Shown: in pieces, positions 38,401 to 48,366 of the stretch
Position numbering within the stretch: the first letter of the stretch is position 1
How the letters are laid out: the number at the start of each line of letters is the position of its first letter
DNA from: an uncultured Nitrospiraceae bacterium
Lineage (GTDB): Bacteria; Nitrospirota; Nitrospiria; Nitrospirales; Nitrospiraceae
Direction: 5' to 3'
DNA: 64,000 bases
Assembly: GCA_963730935.1 (NCBI GenBank)
Contig: CAVSTP010000004.1
Location: 896,001 to 960,000, forward strand
Program-made: the position numbers and the translations under genes
Notes under the pieces: model-generated
The model's input: the letters and a program-made list of their open reading frames with translations, nothing else
The model's database searches: none
What the model was told of the DNA's origin: nothing

Positions 38401-39581
38401 CCAGCCCCGCTCGCTCGGATTCTCTGTTGCTCGATCGGTTGCCCTTCAGAACGACGTTCGTCTCCTCGAGCCCAAAACCCGTTCCTCGAAAGAGACCGCA
38501 TCATGTCTCGATAGTGGCTCGGGAACAGCCATTGGGTCACAGCGAGACATTCGAGGCCGAACGGCAGATAGCCGGCATACCCGAGTAATGGCATCTCGAA
38601 GAGTTGGAAACGATGCACGGAAGGGATGGCATACTCCCAATGAGCCAGGCTCTTGGAGTTCCACATCTCCCACCACCAGCCGCAGACCAGCGCCGCGACA
38701 GCCGCGAGCCACAATGAGGTCGCGTCCCCCTCTGTGAGCCGCGAGAAGATTGTCTCTTTCCCGCTGAGAATCTGCAGGGCGGTGATCAGCAGCAGCGGCG
38801 CTACCCATACGATTGGAAATAGGGCCTGTGGCCAAGTGCCGATTCCAATCAGCCCGGCGCATGCCAACATGACCAGCGCCCAACCCGCCCATTGCGGCAT
38901 CGACCAGCGGAGACTCGGCAGCCGGTCCATTCCTGCCGTGACGCCCGGCATCGAGGCCAAGAGTTCCATCGTGCTGAGCACAGCAGGCAGGACTGTCGAG
39001 AACGGCACGGTGGCATGAAGAACATATTGCCAGGGAGTCAAGATCTGCGGGCCGACGTAATACCAGTTCTGCACGAAGCGATTGAGATATTCAAAGCTCC
39101 ACCAGAATGCCGCGCTGGCTGGAAAGAGGGCGAGCACCAGGCGCGGCCGATTCAGCATCAGGCACTGTCCGGTGCGGCGGAGCGTCCAGCTGTTGACCAA
39201 GAGGATGTAGCCGAGCCATAGAGGCGTGAAGGTGTGGGGTTGGAGGGCCGCGAACCAGGGAAAACGATTCCAGGCCAGCACCCATGAACACATCGTCAGG
39301 ACTGCCCCAAGCCAGCCCCACCAGGGGAACACAAAGGCGCGCTTCACCGGCTCAGGCCACGAGACGCGTGACCTCCCTATGTGCACGACCACCGATCCGA
39401 CCGGCAACGCAATCAGCAGTGCCAGTCCAAGAAAAATCGGCCAGGAGAACGGCGTAGGATGGACAAATCGGGGCTGTGGTGGAAATTTGAGATAGGGCTC
39501 AATGGGCTGACCGGTAAGAACAACGCCGAGGAGCGGTAATCCGACGAGAAGCGCCATTCCGAGGAAGACATTCACAATCAA
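38385..39581 (-). CDS. Multi-pass membrane protein, hypothetical
   Basis: ~10 TM segments; WEMWN...W.Y; FEMPLLGYAGYLPF. Confidence 0.75.
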   Translation of the reverse strand: MIVNVFLGMALLVGLPLLGVVLTGQPIEPYLKFPPQPRFVHPTPFSWPIFLGLALLIALPVGSVVVHIGRSRVSWPEPVKRAFVFPWWGWLGAVLTMCSWVLAWNRFPWFAALQPHTFTPLWLGYILLVNSWTLRRTGQCLMLNRPRLVLALFPASAAFWWSFEYLNRFVQNWYYVGPQILTPWQYVLHATVPFSTVLPAVLSTMELLASMPGVTAGMDRLPSLRWSMPQWAGWALVMLACAGLIGIGTWPQALFPIVWVAPLLLITALQILSGKETIFSRLTEGDATSLWLAAVAALVCGWWWEMWNSKSLAHWEYAIPSVHRFQLFEMPLLGYAGYLPFGLECLAVTQWLFPSHYRDMMRSLSRNGFWARGDERRSEGQPIEQQRIRASGAGYFKV

Positions 39582-39730
39582 TGGGGAATCTGGTCAGATC
39601 GCTTGATCGATCAGTATGACCCTTGATGGCCGCTTTCGCAATTGAGTCCTACGCCGAGTCATGGGTGTCGGTCCTACGTCGATCATCTGGTATCGTAGGG
39701 ACGGGCACGCATTCGGGCAAGGGGGGAGAA

Positions 39731-40252
39731 GTGGATATCCTTTCACACGGATTGTGGGGTGCGATTACCTTCGGGCGCAGAAGCCGGCCAAGCTTCTGGC
39801 TGGCCTTTGTACTCGGCTTGGCGCCGGATCTTCTGTCCTTCGGTGTCTTGTATCTCGCCGTCGCGCTCGGCATGGCGGAGAGACCTGACTTCAGCCATGG
39901 AACACCGGCGGAGTCTTCCATTCCTCAGTACGTGCATCATCTCTACGATGTCACGCATAGCTTGATGATCTTCCTTGCCGTGTTTCTCGTCGTCTGGGCC
40001 GTCCGAAAACGGCTGGTGTGGGAACTCGGAGCCTGGGGTCTGCATGTGCTGGTTGATGTGCCGACACATTCCTCCAGCTTCTTTCCTACTCCGGTCTTCT
40101 GGCCGCTTTTCAGTTGGAAGTTCGACGGCTGGCAATGGATGAACCCCGCCATCCTCGTTCCCAATTATGTGTTGCTCGTCTTGTGTTATGCCTGGTTCAT
40201 TTCCCAGTCTTTCAAAGCCGGAAATAGCCGGAAGCCGGAAACGCCAAGGTAA
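39731..40252 (+). CDS. Membrane-bound metal-dependent hydrolase (YdjM-like)
   Basis: SH; PD; THS; LHVLVD..TH. Confidence 0.75.
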   Translation: MDILSHGLWGAITFGRRSRPSFWLAFVLGLAPDLLSFGVLYLAVALGMAERPDFSHGTPAESSIPQYVHHLYDVTHSLMIFLAVFLVVWAVRKRLVWELGAWGLHVLVDVPTHSSSFFPTPVFWPLFSWKFDGWQWMNPAILVPNYVLLVLCYAWFISQSFKAGNSRKPETPR

Positions 40253-40316
40253 ACTCTCTGTGAATGGCCGGAGGGAAGCGCCGAGTGCGCCCTAGAGGGG
40301 AACTGAGAGTCGTGCT

Positions 40317-41012
40317 TCAGCGAAATGAGCGGTGGAGATGCAGAATGGCGGTCGAGAGGGCCTGATCGAGCGCCGCCTGCATGGCAGGACGCAATTCGTA
40401 ATCGCTCGCATACTCGCTCCATTCGCCGGAGACCGGCACCGGCGTCGCAGTCACGACATCGTGGTAGAGCACCTCGCCGCTTTCCAATGAAATGATCTTG
40501 CTCGAGACAACGAAGGGCGGCATCTTCCCATACATGCGGGCCAGTAGCCGTTCCCTCCACGTCGGCCCTTCTATGCGAAAGAGGACCATACTGTCGGCAC
40601 CGATCCATTTTCCTACCCGAACCGCGCTGTCGTCCGCCACTCTGCCGGAGAGCTGAAAGCGCTGTTCCTCCGTGGCCTGATCCACATTGCGCCGATCAAC
40701 GATCTTGATCCAAGACCGCTGTCGCTTGAGTTGAAAGGTGGCTTCCTCGAGTCTGGTGTACCCGTACGCAAGTTCCTGCTCCCCTGCTCGGGGATACCAG
40801 ACGGCCAAGCGCCGCACGTGCTGGGGCACCGGCATGTCCGTGGTCATGAGTTCAAGCGGAAAAGGATCGGCCGCAACAGGAGTCGGCGTCGGAGGCCGGC
40901 AGCCGGTCTCCAGCGAAAGGCTCAACACCGCAGCGGCGGCCGTTGCGAAGACAGACGGCAGGCGTTGCACAGAGGTTCCCATAGCCCATGCTACGAGAAT
41001 GAACGAGAACAC
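40317..41012 (-). CDS. CsgG/HfaB-like putative lipoprotein
   Basis: IVDRRNVDQATEEQRFQLSG..DDSAVRVGKWIGAD; KIISLESGEVL. Confidence 0.7.
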   Translation of the reverse strand: MFSFILVAWAMGTSVQRLPSVFATAAAAVLSLSLETGCRPPTPTPVAADPFPLELMTTDMPVPQHVRRLAVWYPRAGEQELAYGYTRLEEATFQLKRQRSWIKIVDRRNVDQATEEQRFQLSGRVADDSAVRVGKWIGADSMVLFRIEGPTWRERLLARMYGKMPPFVVSSKIISLESGEVLYHDVVTATPVPVSGEWSEYASDYELRPAMQAALDQALSTAILHLHRSFR

Positions 41013-41222
41013 TGCTATCCTACGGAAGGATGGAACACCGACCTATGGTAGGCGAAGGTTCCCAGAGGGAGCAAGAAGCTATCGGGCAGAACCTGCGTGC
41101 TATATGCGGTCAACGATGTTGCTGGTCATGATATCGACCTGGGCTTGCCAGGATCGGAGAGAACCTCTTCCAGCGGCTGTAAGGCCTCGGCTGGTAAGAG
41201 GTTCTCACTGATCTGACGTTTC

Positions 41223-42347
41223 TCAGGCCGTCCCGTGAGGCGTCACCAATTCACTGGTCGTGAGGTGCGCCCGTCCCACCGCGCGCAGCGATCGGCTGTT
41301 CGCCAGCGCATGTGCGCGGGCCGGCATCGTCGCCATCCGCTCATAGACCTCGAGATAGTCCCTGACCATCCGCTCCACCGTGAAGCGGCGTTGGAATGCC
41401 TCGCGGCAGGCCAGCCGGTGAATGAGCGGCAGCTCATCGATCTTCGCGACCATTTCGGACAGGCTGTCACAAACGAATCCCGTCACACTGTCTTCGATGA
41501 TCTCTGGAATTGAGCCGCGGCGGTAAGCGAATACCGGGGTGCCGCAGGCCAGCGCTTCGATCAAGACGATGCCGAACGGCTCCGGCCAGTCATACGTGCA
41601 CAGCACGGCGGCGGCGTTACCGAGAAAATCGCACTTCTCCACATCGTTGATCTCGCCCAAATACTCGATCAGCGGATGATCCAGCAATGGCGCGATCTGC
41701 GTGTCAAAGTACTCCTGATCGGCGGGATCGACTTTCGCAGCAATCCGCAGCGGAATACCAACGCGCTTCGCGATCTCGATCGCATGATCCGGCCGCTTTT
41801 CAGGGCAAATCCGTCCAAGATAGGCCAGGTATTTTCCCGGAGTAGGGTGAAATTCATACAGATCCGGCAATCCATGGTAGACGGTCGCCTGCCAGTTGGC
41901 ATTGGGCAGCGGCAGACGTTGGGCGTTCGAAATCGAGACGAGCTGCATGTCGGCATATTCGCGGAAGATAGGGACGAGCTCGGGCAGGTCCAATCGCCCA
42001 TGCAACGTCGTCAATACCGGCGTGGGGCAGCGCCGGCTCATGGGAAAACTCAAAAAATCGAGATGAGAGTGGATAATGTCGAATTGATCGGCCTCGGCAC
42101 CCAGAGCCTGCTCCTGCATGAGAATAAGCGGCGCATCCCGATTCACCAAGCCCTTGTTCAGCCGAAGCGCGTGAGGGCAGGCGGGCTTCAAGCAGGCTTC
42201 GGTTTGCGAATCTCCGCTGGCAAAGAGCGTCACATCATGGCCCTGGCGGACGAGCTCTTCTGTGAGATAGGACACCACCCGCTCAGTGCCCCCATAGAGC
42301 CGCGGCGGCACGCTTTCCCAGAGAGGTGCGATTTGTGCGATTTTCAT
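41223..42347 (-). CDS. Glycosyltransferase family 4
   Basis: PPRLYGGTE; EPFGIVLIEALACGTPV. Confidence 0.92.
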   Translation of the reverse strand: MKIAQIAPLWESVPPRLYGGTERVVSYLTEELVRQGHDVTLFASGDSQTEACLKPACPHALRLNKGLVNRDAPLILMQEQALGAEADQFDIIHSHLDFLSFPMSRRCPTPVLTTLHGRLDLPELVPIFREYADMQLVSISNAQRLPLPNANWQATVYHGLPDLYEFHPTPGKYLAYLGRICPEKRPDHAIEIAKRVGIPLRIAAKVDPADQEYFDTQIAPLLDHPLIEYLGEINDVEKCDFLGNAAAVLCTYDWPEPFGIVLIEALACGTPVFAYRRGSIPEIIEDSVTGFVCDSLSEMVAKIDELPLIHRLACREAFQRRFTVERMVRDYLEVYERMATMPARAHALANSRSLRAVGRAHLTTSELVTPHGTA

Positions 42348-42480
42348 GTGGACCGTCCTTTCAAATTGGCAATGGGTCAACGTTTCAACCGAGAAGGCTA
42401 GCTGTTTGAGGGAAAGTGCACGCGGCATGCCACTCTCCTCCACGCGCAACCTATTGGCCTGCCGAATGTTTCCGTCACAC

Positions 42481-42494
42481 TAGAGGTTTGCCTA
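42481..42494. promoter_or_regulatory. TAGG-N6-CCTA variant
   Basis: TAGAggtttgCCTA in a divergent intergenic region. Confidence 0.4.
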
Positions 42495-42653
42495 GCTGCC
42501 CCAGCCTTCGATCCGAAGTGGGAAAACACCACATAGCCAAGTTACCAGGGCGTCCAGACGATCAAGTAATCCTTTTCTTCCTCCTTGGGGACGTTCCGAG
42601 GGCTGAGGGACGGGTATTAACGGTAGAGTCAATAGAGAAGAAGGAGGTGTCTC

Positions 42654-42968
42654 ATGCGGACTTCAACAGTCGTGTTGCTGGCCACGGTGATGGCCCTGCA
42701 GCTGACAGCAGCAGGATGCGCGAAAAATGCGTCCGAGCGTCGAGCCGCGTCCCCGACCATGAGCGAGAGACTCTCGAAGGAATCGGTCAAAGGCCGGGTC
42801 AATGACATCGGCAACAAATATGTGTCGATCAGGAGCGACGACGGAGAGTCAAGACGTGTCCGAGTCGACGAGCATACGAAAATGGACCAGATGGCCGTCG
42901 GCGATCAGGTCAAGGCCTATGTCTCTGAAGACGGCTACGCCTCGACGATCCAACGTGTCGTCGACTGA
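42654..42968 (+). CDS. Small lipoprotein, OB-fold-like
   Basis: RBS AAGGAGG; lipobox AAGC. Confidence 0.7.
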   Translation: MRTSTVVLLATVMALQLTAAGCAKNASERRAASPTMSERLSKESVKGRVNDIGNKYVSIRSDDGESRRVRVDEHTKMDQMAVGDQVKAYVSEDGYASTIQRVVD

Positions 42969-42972
42969 CGGT

Positions 42973-43632
42973 ATGACCGCGCGCTACTGCATGCAATGTC
43001 TGCTGACGTCGGGGCTTTTGCTCGCGGCGGCAGCTGGTTGCACGAAAGCGGAATTCGTTCCGGACATCTCACTACCGGAAGCCCGCCCCATCATCGATGC
43101 GACTGCAGAGTTTCACGATATGTATCCGGCTCCTGCGCTGATTTCCGGGAAGGAAGGCTTCGGCCTGACGGGTCCAGACACGAAACATGTGCCGCCAAGG
43201 GAGCTGGCCCATCGGGTCCGGGACGAACTGATGGACGCCTTCGAGCAGGCCGGCGTGTTTACGAAAATCACATCCTTCGATCGGAACCCCGACTTGATTC
43301 TCACAGGGAGGATCAATTCGCTGTATGAGCATTACCGCCCGCGGATGTGGACGAGATTTCCTTTGCCGTATGCCGGCAAGATCGCAGCCGACATCCTGGA
43401 CTGGAAAACCCATGCCACCAATGGCGAAGCCGATCTCACGCTGTTTCTGCTGACAAGGGACGGCAAGCTGATCGGCACGTACCGCGGGTCATCGTCCTTC
43501 GACGAAAACTTCAATCCGACGGGCGAGATCGGCCCCGGCGAACGCCTCAACCGCGCGCTCACTGAGGCGGTCCACCAGATTCAAGAGAAGCTGCTCCGTG
43601 ACGCCCAGCTGAGAACCGTTGCAGCACGGTAG
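42973..43632 (+). CDS. Hypothetical lipoprotein
   Basis: Lipobox AAGC; co-oriented with the previous gene. Confidence 0.65.
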   Translation: MTARYCMQCLLTSGLLLAAAAGCTKAEFVPDISLPEARPIIDATAEFHDMYPAPALISGKEGFGLTGPDTKHVPPRELAHRVRDELMDAFEQAGVFTKITSFDRNPDLILTGRINSLYEHYRPRMWTRFPLPYAGKIAADILDWKTHATNGEADLTLFLLTRDGKLIGTYRGSSSFDENFNPTGEIGPGERLNRALTEAVHQIQEKLLRDAQLRTVAAR

Positions 43633-43780
43633 CCGATCATTACAGGACAGGGCCTCAGATGGTCGGTCCACTGGCGGGCGATCGGGGCACCGACTTCCTG
43701 CAGCCACCGGTTGATAGCGACTGGGAAGGAGCCCCACTCAGGGCTGTTCGGCACACATATTCCCTCCGCTGGCTCACGCT

Positions 43781-44170
43781 ATGACACGACGATACGATCA
43801 TATTGATCTCCGCGTGCACAGTCTCGACGAAGTACGACCGTTCTATGAAGCGGTCTTGCCCGCACTGGGCTTCACTCGCCGTGTGACCATCGAGGGATGG
43901 CTGCAATTCGAAGCCATCCAGCGGTCGGGGCCTGCGGACTTTTTTGGAGTCACTGAAGCGCCGCTACACCAGGCAAACGGCTGCCGTATCGCGTTTTGGG
44001 CTGAGAGCACGGCAGACGTCGATCGGTTGGCTGAGATCGCACGCCGTGCAGGCGCCCGCCACATCGAAGGACCGGGCTATGACGAAGGGCCGGGATATTA
44101 TGCCGTGTTCTTCGAGGATCCTAGTGGAAATCTGCTGGAAATTTGTCATCGCAGCGAAGGTATAACCTGA
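43781..44170 (+). CDS. VOC/glyoxalase family protein
   Basis: DHIDLRV; YYAVFFEDPSGNLLE. Confidence 0.9.
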   Translation: MTRRYDHIDLRVHSLDEVRPFYEAVLPALGFTRRVTIEGWLQFEAIQRSGPADFFGVTEAPLHQANGCRIAFWAESTADVDRLAEIARRAGARHIEGPGYDEGPGYYAVFFEDPSGNLLEICHRSEGIT

Positions 44171-44451
44171 AAACCCGGCGATACCGTGGCAGTCAGGGTC
44201 TCTCCTAGCGGCTGAGGCCTCCATTCCGTCAACGTCAACAGACAGTCTGTCCTGGCCGTCAACCGACGCGCGAAAGCGGTTCTTCGGAATTATAACTATT
44301 TACGTAATGCACCGAAGAGGCACGACTTTTGTACTACCTGCCTGTATCAGAAGCGTACACAGCTGTGTTTCTGATTATTCCTACATGAACTATTTTAGGT
44401 ATTTAGTTTTGCCTTGCTCCGCGGAACCGGTAGCGGACCTTGTGATGCGAG

Positions 44452-44640
44452 ATGGGATCGATGGCGAAATCAAACGATATTCTCGGCACGTTTGGGGAGA
44501 GCACACGCGCTTTGATCGAACTGCTCCACGAAAATCCAAGGCTCGAGATGGTGGAACAGATGTTCCTCGAGAGCCACCTAGCGCTCATCCGCACGGCCTA
44601 TGACGGTTGGAAGCGCCGCAATAACGCCTCTCAGAAATAA
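44452..44640 (+). CDS. Small hypothetical helical protein
   Basis: 62-aa ORF with protein-like amphipathic composition. Confidence 0.5.
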   Translation: MGSMAKSNDILGTFGESTRALIELLHENPRLEMVEQMFLESHLALIRTAYDGWKRRNNASQK

Positions 44641-44897
44641 TCCGGCAGATCGTCCACCGCCGGCGATCTCTTCACCGCGGCGCACGAGCCCTGAACGGCT
44701 TCCACCCCTGCGATCGGGCGAAGGCAAGACAGGTTGGAGATTTGGGGTTCTTCCTAGGAAGCCCTCGGGCCCGACCCCCTTTATAAAGAGTAATAGGGAC
44801 GCAAGCGACGGCCTACGCACTCATGTTCACCTATTCTCAGGGCGGGCGGGTGAGATGTAAGATGTGCCGAGGCACACCTCCCGGCGTGTCGCCATTT

Positions 44898-45350
44898 CTA
44901 GCCTTTCATGCCCGACTCGAAGAAGAGTCCCCGGTTGATGTCGCCGATGCTGAGCATGCCGACGAGCTTCTGTCTATCGACAACTGGAATGCGGCGAAAG
45001 TTCTTCAGACCCATGTAGGAAGCGGCTTCGAGGATCGGGGCACCGGGAGCGACCGTGAGGGGATTCGACGTCATGATCTCCTCCACTTTCTTTCCGAGCA
45101 CCTCCGGATAGCCAGCTTCCATTTCTACAAAATCCCGACTATGCACGTTGTCGTGGATGTAGTCGCCGTAGTTGGGATACAGCGGCAGCAAGACATCGCG
45201 TAGCGTCACCATGCCGATGAGGCGACTGTCGCCTTCGACGACAGGAATGGCTCCGCAGTTGCGATTCATCATCTTCACCACTACGGATCTGACTGTATCC
45301 GATTTCACTGCCGTCACAATTCCGGTGGACATCACGTCATGGACACGCAT
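44898..45350 (-). CDS. CBS-domain pair protein
   Basis: Two CBS repeats (IPVV..LIGMVT, IPVV..LVGMLS); RBS AAGGAGG. Confidence 0.9.
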   Translation of the reverse strand: MRVHDVMSTGIVTAVKSDTVRSVVVKMMNRNCGAIPVVEGDSRLIGMVTLRDVLLPLYPNYGDYIHDNVHSRDFVEMEAGYPEVLGKKVEEIMTSNPLTVAPGAPILEAASYMGLKNFRRIPVVDRQKLVGMLSIGDINRGLFFESGMKG

Positions 45351-45893
45351 GGCCGCCTCCTTAGATCGGATCAAACGACACGGGCGACCCTTCACATACG
45401 TGGAGGCCGCCCGTGTGTGGCGCTTGTGACGCCGAGTAGTCTATGTCGTTGTGCTGGCTCGAACCCGTGTGAGTGCGGGCGGTCTGAGAATTCATCAAGC
45501 GGGAGAGTCGTGTCTCCCCCAAGTGCTTGTGTTCATCACGCCGGCCTGCTTCTACGCACTTACTCCTTTCGTGGAGAGAAGTTCCCTTGGGGAACGACCG
45601 TGACTGTGTGGAGACGGCTAGCGTGATTGAAGGGATGTCCGCCCGCGCCTCCGCGGGTCTTCGTGGTCCGGTGGAATCAGGTCTGTCATGGCGACCTCCT
45701 CCTGGTTCGGAGAGTTTGGGAGGGAGTCAGCGAACCATTCCACCACTACGCTTCTTGGATCGGAGTGTCAACTGAGGAATTTCCCCGGTCCGTGCTTGAC
45801 GTAATCCAGCATAACCCATGCCATTTTCTTACACGATTGGAATTGGTTCAGATGAACAAAGACGAGGATCTTCGGGACCAGAAAGGAGGCAAC

Positions 45894-46322
45894 ATGAGTG
45901 AGAATTTCATCGCGAAAGCGTCGATTGCCATCAATGCCTCTCGCCAGGCCGTTTGGCAGGCGCTTATGAGCCCAGACGCGATCAAAGAATATATGTTCGG
46001 TGCCCGCGTCGATTCAGACTGGCGTGAAGGTAGCCCGATTTCGTGGAGAGGAGAATGGCAGGGCAAATCCTATGAAGACAAAGGGAACATTCTTCAAGTG
46101 AGACCCGAGCATAGACTTCAGTACAGTCATTATAGCCCTCTCTCAGGTCTTCCCGACACGCCCGAACATTACCATACGGTCACCATTGATCTGACAGGCA
46201 ACGGAATACGGACCGAGGTCATGCTCGCTCAAGATCACAACGCCACGGAAGCCGCACGGATGCATTCAGAGAAGAACTGGAAGATGATGCTGGACGGGCT
46301 GAAGAAATACGTCGAGAAGTGA
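45894..46322 (+). CDS. SRPBCC/AHSA1-like protein
   Basis: VWQAL..P; SDWREGS; WKMMLDGLKKYVE; RBS AGGAGG. Confidence 0.88.
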   Translation: MSENFIAKASIAINASRQAVWQALMSPDAIKEYMFGARVDSDWREGSPISWRGEWQGKSYEDKGNILQVRPEHRLQYSHYSPLSGLPDTPEHYHTVTIDLTGNGIRTEVMLAQDHNATEAARMHSEKNWKMMLDGLKKYVEK

Positions 46323-46379
46323 GCCGAAGGCGAACGGGGCGTCGGAATGAATCCGGCGCCCCGTCTGACTCGACGACTA

Positions 46380-46844
46380 CTACTTCTCTGGACGGTCCAT
46401 CGCGCTTTGCGACTGGCTTTGGGTATTGCCCTGACCGCCTGAACGGTCCATCGTGCCCTGGGTCTGCCCAGTGCCTTTCTCTCCGACTCCCGATGGCAGA
46501 GGCGATCCACTCTGCGCACTTCCGGTCTGTCCTAGGCCAGACCGTTCCATCGTATTCTGGGTCTGCCCAGTGCCTTTCTCTCCGATGCCGGTCGGTTCAG
46601 AAGTCATACCCTTCTGTCCGGCTGCACCGGACCGCTCCAGGGTACTCTGTGTTTGCCCGGTCCCTCGTTCACCGATTCCGGCAGGCTCGGAACCCAGGCC
46701 TTGAGACGTCATCCCGCTTGTGCCAGAACCAGCGGACCCCGTTCCGGCCGAACCTCCTCCGGAGCCCGATTCAGCCAACGCAATGCCTGTCGCAAACAGG
46801 CTCGCGGCAGCGATCACGAATGCACCGAACGTCGCAGTCTTCAT
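46380..46844 (-). CDS. Secreted G/S/T/Q-rich protein with three internal repeats
   Basis: Signal peptide; G(I/V)GE(K/R)GTGQTQxT(M/L)xRSG three times. Confidence 0.75.
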   Translation of the reverse strand: MKTATFGAFVIAAASLFATGIALAESGSGGGSAGTGSAGSGTSGMTSQGLGSEPAGIGERGTGQTQSTLERSGAAGQKGMTSEPTGIGEKGTGQTQNTMERSGLGQTGSAQSGSPLPSGVGEKGTGQTQGTMDRSGGQGNTQSQSQSAMDRPEK

Positions 46845-46926
46845 GGCCAGCCCTCCCCTTGGATTGTGATAAATAGAGGCACCACCACCTCTTAAAATCA
46901 TAGGGGCCGGTCCGATGGCCACATAC

Positions 46927-46940
46927 TAGGGAGACACCTA
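46927..46940. promoter_or_regulatory. TAGG-N6-CCTA palindrome upstream of the repeat-protein gene
   Basis: TAGGgagacaCCTA. Confidence 0.5.
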
Positions 46941-46995
46941 AGTCCGGCGGTCCGTGCGTCCCAGCGCATTCGGAACGCCGGCCTGCTCACCGGTC

Positions 46996-47298
46996 TCATT
47001 TCATCGCATGCGTGCCGTGGGTCACAGCGCTGCCTGCGCGTAACGCCGCGGCAGCCAGGACGGTTTCAGCGATCTCCGCATCAGAGGCATCGAGCTTTCT
47101 CGCGCGCTCCACATGCAGTTCGATGCAATAGGGACACTGGGTGGTCATGGCCACCGCCACGGCGATGAGCTCCTTATACTTCTTCGGAATGGCTCCGTCG
47201 CTCCATGCCGCCTTGTCGAAGACCAGAAACGCCTTCATCGCCTCCGGTGCGTGGGCTTCCAGCAGCTTGAACTTCTCGAGATTCTTCATGTCGTACAT
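46996..47298 (-). CDS. Carboxymuconolactone decarboxylase/AhpD-like protein
   Basis: KELIAVAVA..QCPYCIELH. Confidence 0.9.
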   Translation of the reverse strand: MYDMKNLEKFKLLEAHAPEAMKAFLVFDKAAWSDGAIPKKYKELIAVAVAMTTQCPYCIELHVERARKLDASDAEIAETVLAAAALRAGSAVTHGTHAMK

Positions 47299-47368
47299 GA
47301 CGGCCTCCTTTTTTTGCGAAGAACAATCTTGACCGATTACCCTGCATCGCGTTGCATCCCCGCAACGG

Positions 47369-48190
47369 CTATGCTCGAACGCCGATAACTTCCAGATATT
47401 CCGCATACACGGTGGTGTTGTCTATTCCTGCGCGGTTGTGCGCTGCCCAGAGCACTTCGAGCTCCCCGCGAAGTGTGTTCCGCCCATCGGCGTCAAGGGC
47501 CGCAAACGCTTGGTGAATAGGTCCATAGTAGAGCCGAAAGAGCTCCACCACGGCGGCCGGCGGAAACGAATACGAGAATGTATAGTGACGCCTGGTCAGA
47601 CGGAGTTCCGAGAGTCCCTGCCCCAACCGTTCACGAACCGTGGCTTCATCGCCCCACAAGACCGGCGAGGGCATGCCGGATGGCGCGATGAACTTCGACA
47701 CGGCTTTGAACAACTGTCCGACGAATCCCTGCGCGGTCCAATTCGCCATCGCAATGATTCCACCGGGCTTGCAGACGCGTAGCAGCTCCGCCGCGACGAG
47801 ATCCGGTCGCGGCGCGAACATGGCGCCGATCAGGCTCGTCACCACGTCGAACTGCGCATCGGCAAACGGAAGAGCCTCGGCATCGGCTTCCTCGAATCGA
47901 GCCCGGAGCCCCGCCGCTTTTGCGCGGGCACGTGCCCGCTCTACCAGGTTGATAGCGATGTCCACACCTGTCACTTCCAGCCCATCCTTCGCAGCCATCA
48001 AAGCCAGCTGGCCGGAGCCGCATGCGACATCGAGGAGTGTGCCACCTGGCGAGACGGGCAACCGCTCGTAGAACTCCCGCGCGCTATCCTCCAAATACCG
48101 TGAGAAAATATCGTAGTCGCCGGCCATCCAGATCATTTTGAGACGCGCCTTCAACCGCTCCACGTCCGTTGTGATTGCGCTGGTAGTCAT
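47369..48190 (-). CDS. Class I SAM-dependent methyltransferase
   Basis: LLDVACGSG; DAEALPF; GAMFAP. Confidence 0.9.
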   Translation of the reverse strand: MTTSAITTDVERLKARLKMIWMAGDYDIFSRYLEDSAREFYERLPVSPGGTLLDVACGSGQLALMAAKDGLEVTGVDIAINLVERARARAKAAGLRARFEEADAEALPFADAQFDVVTSLIGAMFAPRPDLVAAELLRVCKPGGIIAMANWTAQGFVGQLFKAVSKFIAPSGMPSPVLWGDEATVRERLGQGLSELRLTRRHYTFSYSFPPAAVVELFRLYYGPIHQAFAALDADGRNTLRGELEVLWAAHNRAGIDNTTVYAEYLEVIGVRA

Positions 48191-48366
48191 GGTCTTCCTC
48201 CTTTGTGAATGTCCCGTGAACAGCATGTGATGGGACTATAAGACCATTCTGTTCGGAGCAGCTTAGCCGGGAGTCTGGTTCTCTTGACGCAGGCGTGGTA
48301 CGCTCCCCGTCACTTGATTGGCCGTCCGGCTTTGTTTGCCAACCGGCGGGGCGTAGGGACGTTCCC

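Noticed and set aside
43700..43735. GCCAC...CTGGGAAGG, cobalamin riboswitch-like fragment
   Set aside because: Other conserved elements (AGGGAA, B12 box) not seen; downstream gene is a VOC protein
45450..45475. GGGTTCGAG on the minus strand, tRNA T-loop-like
   Set aside because: No T-stem pairing or cloverleaf
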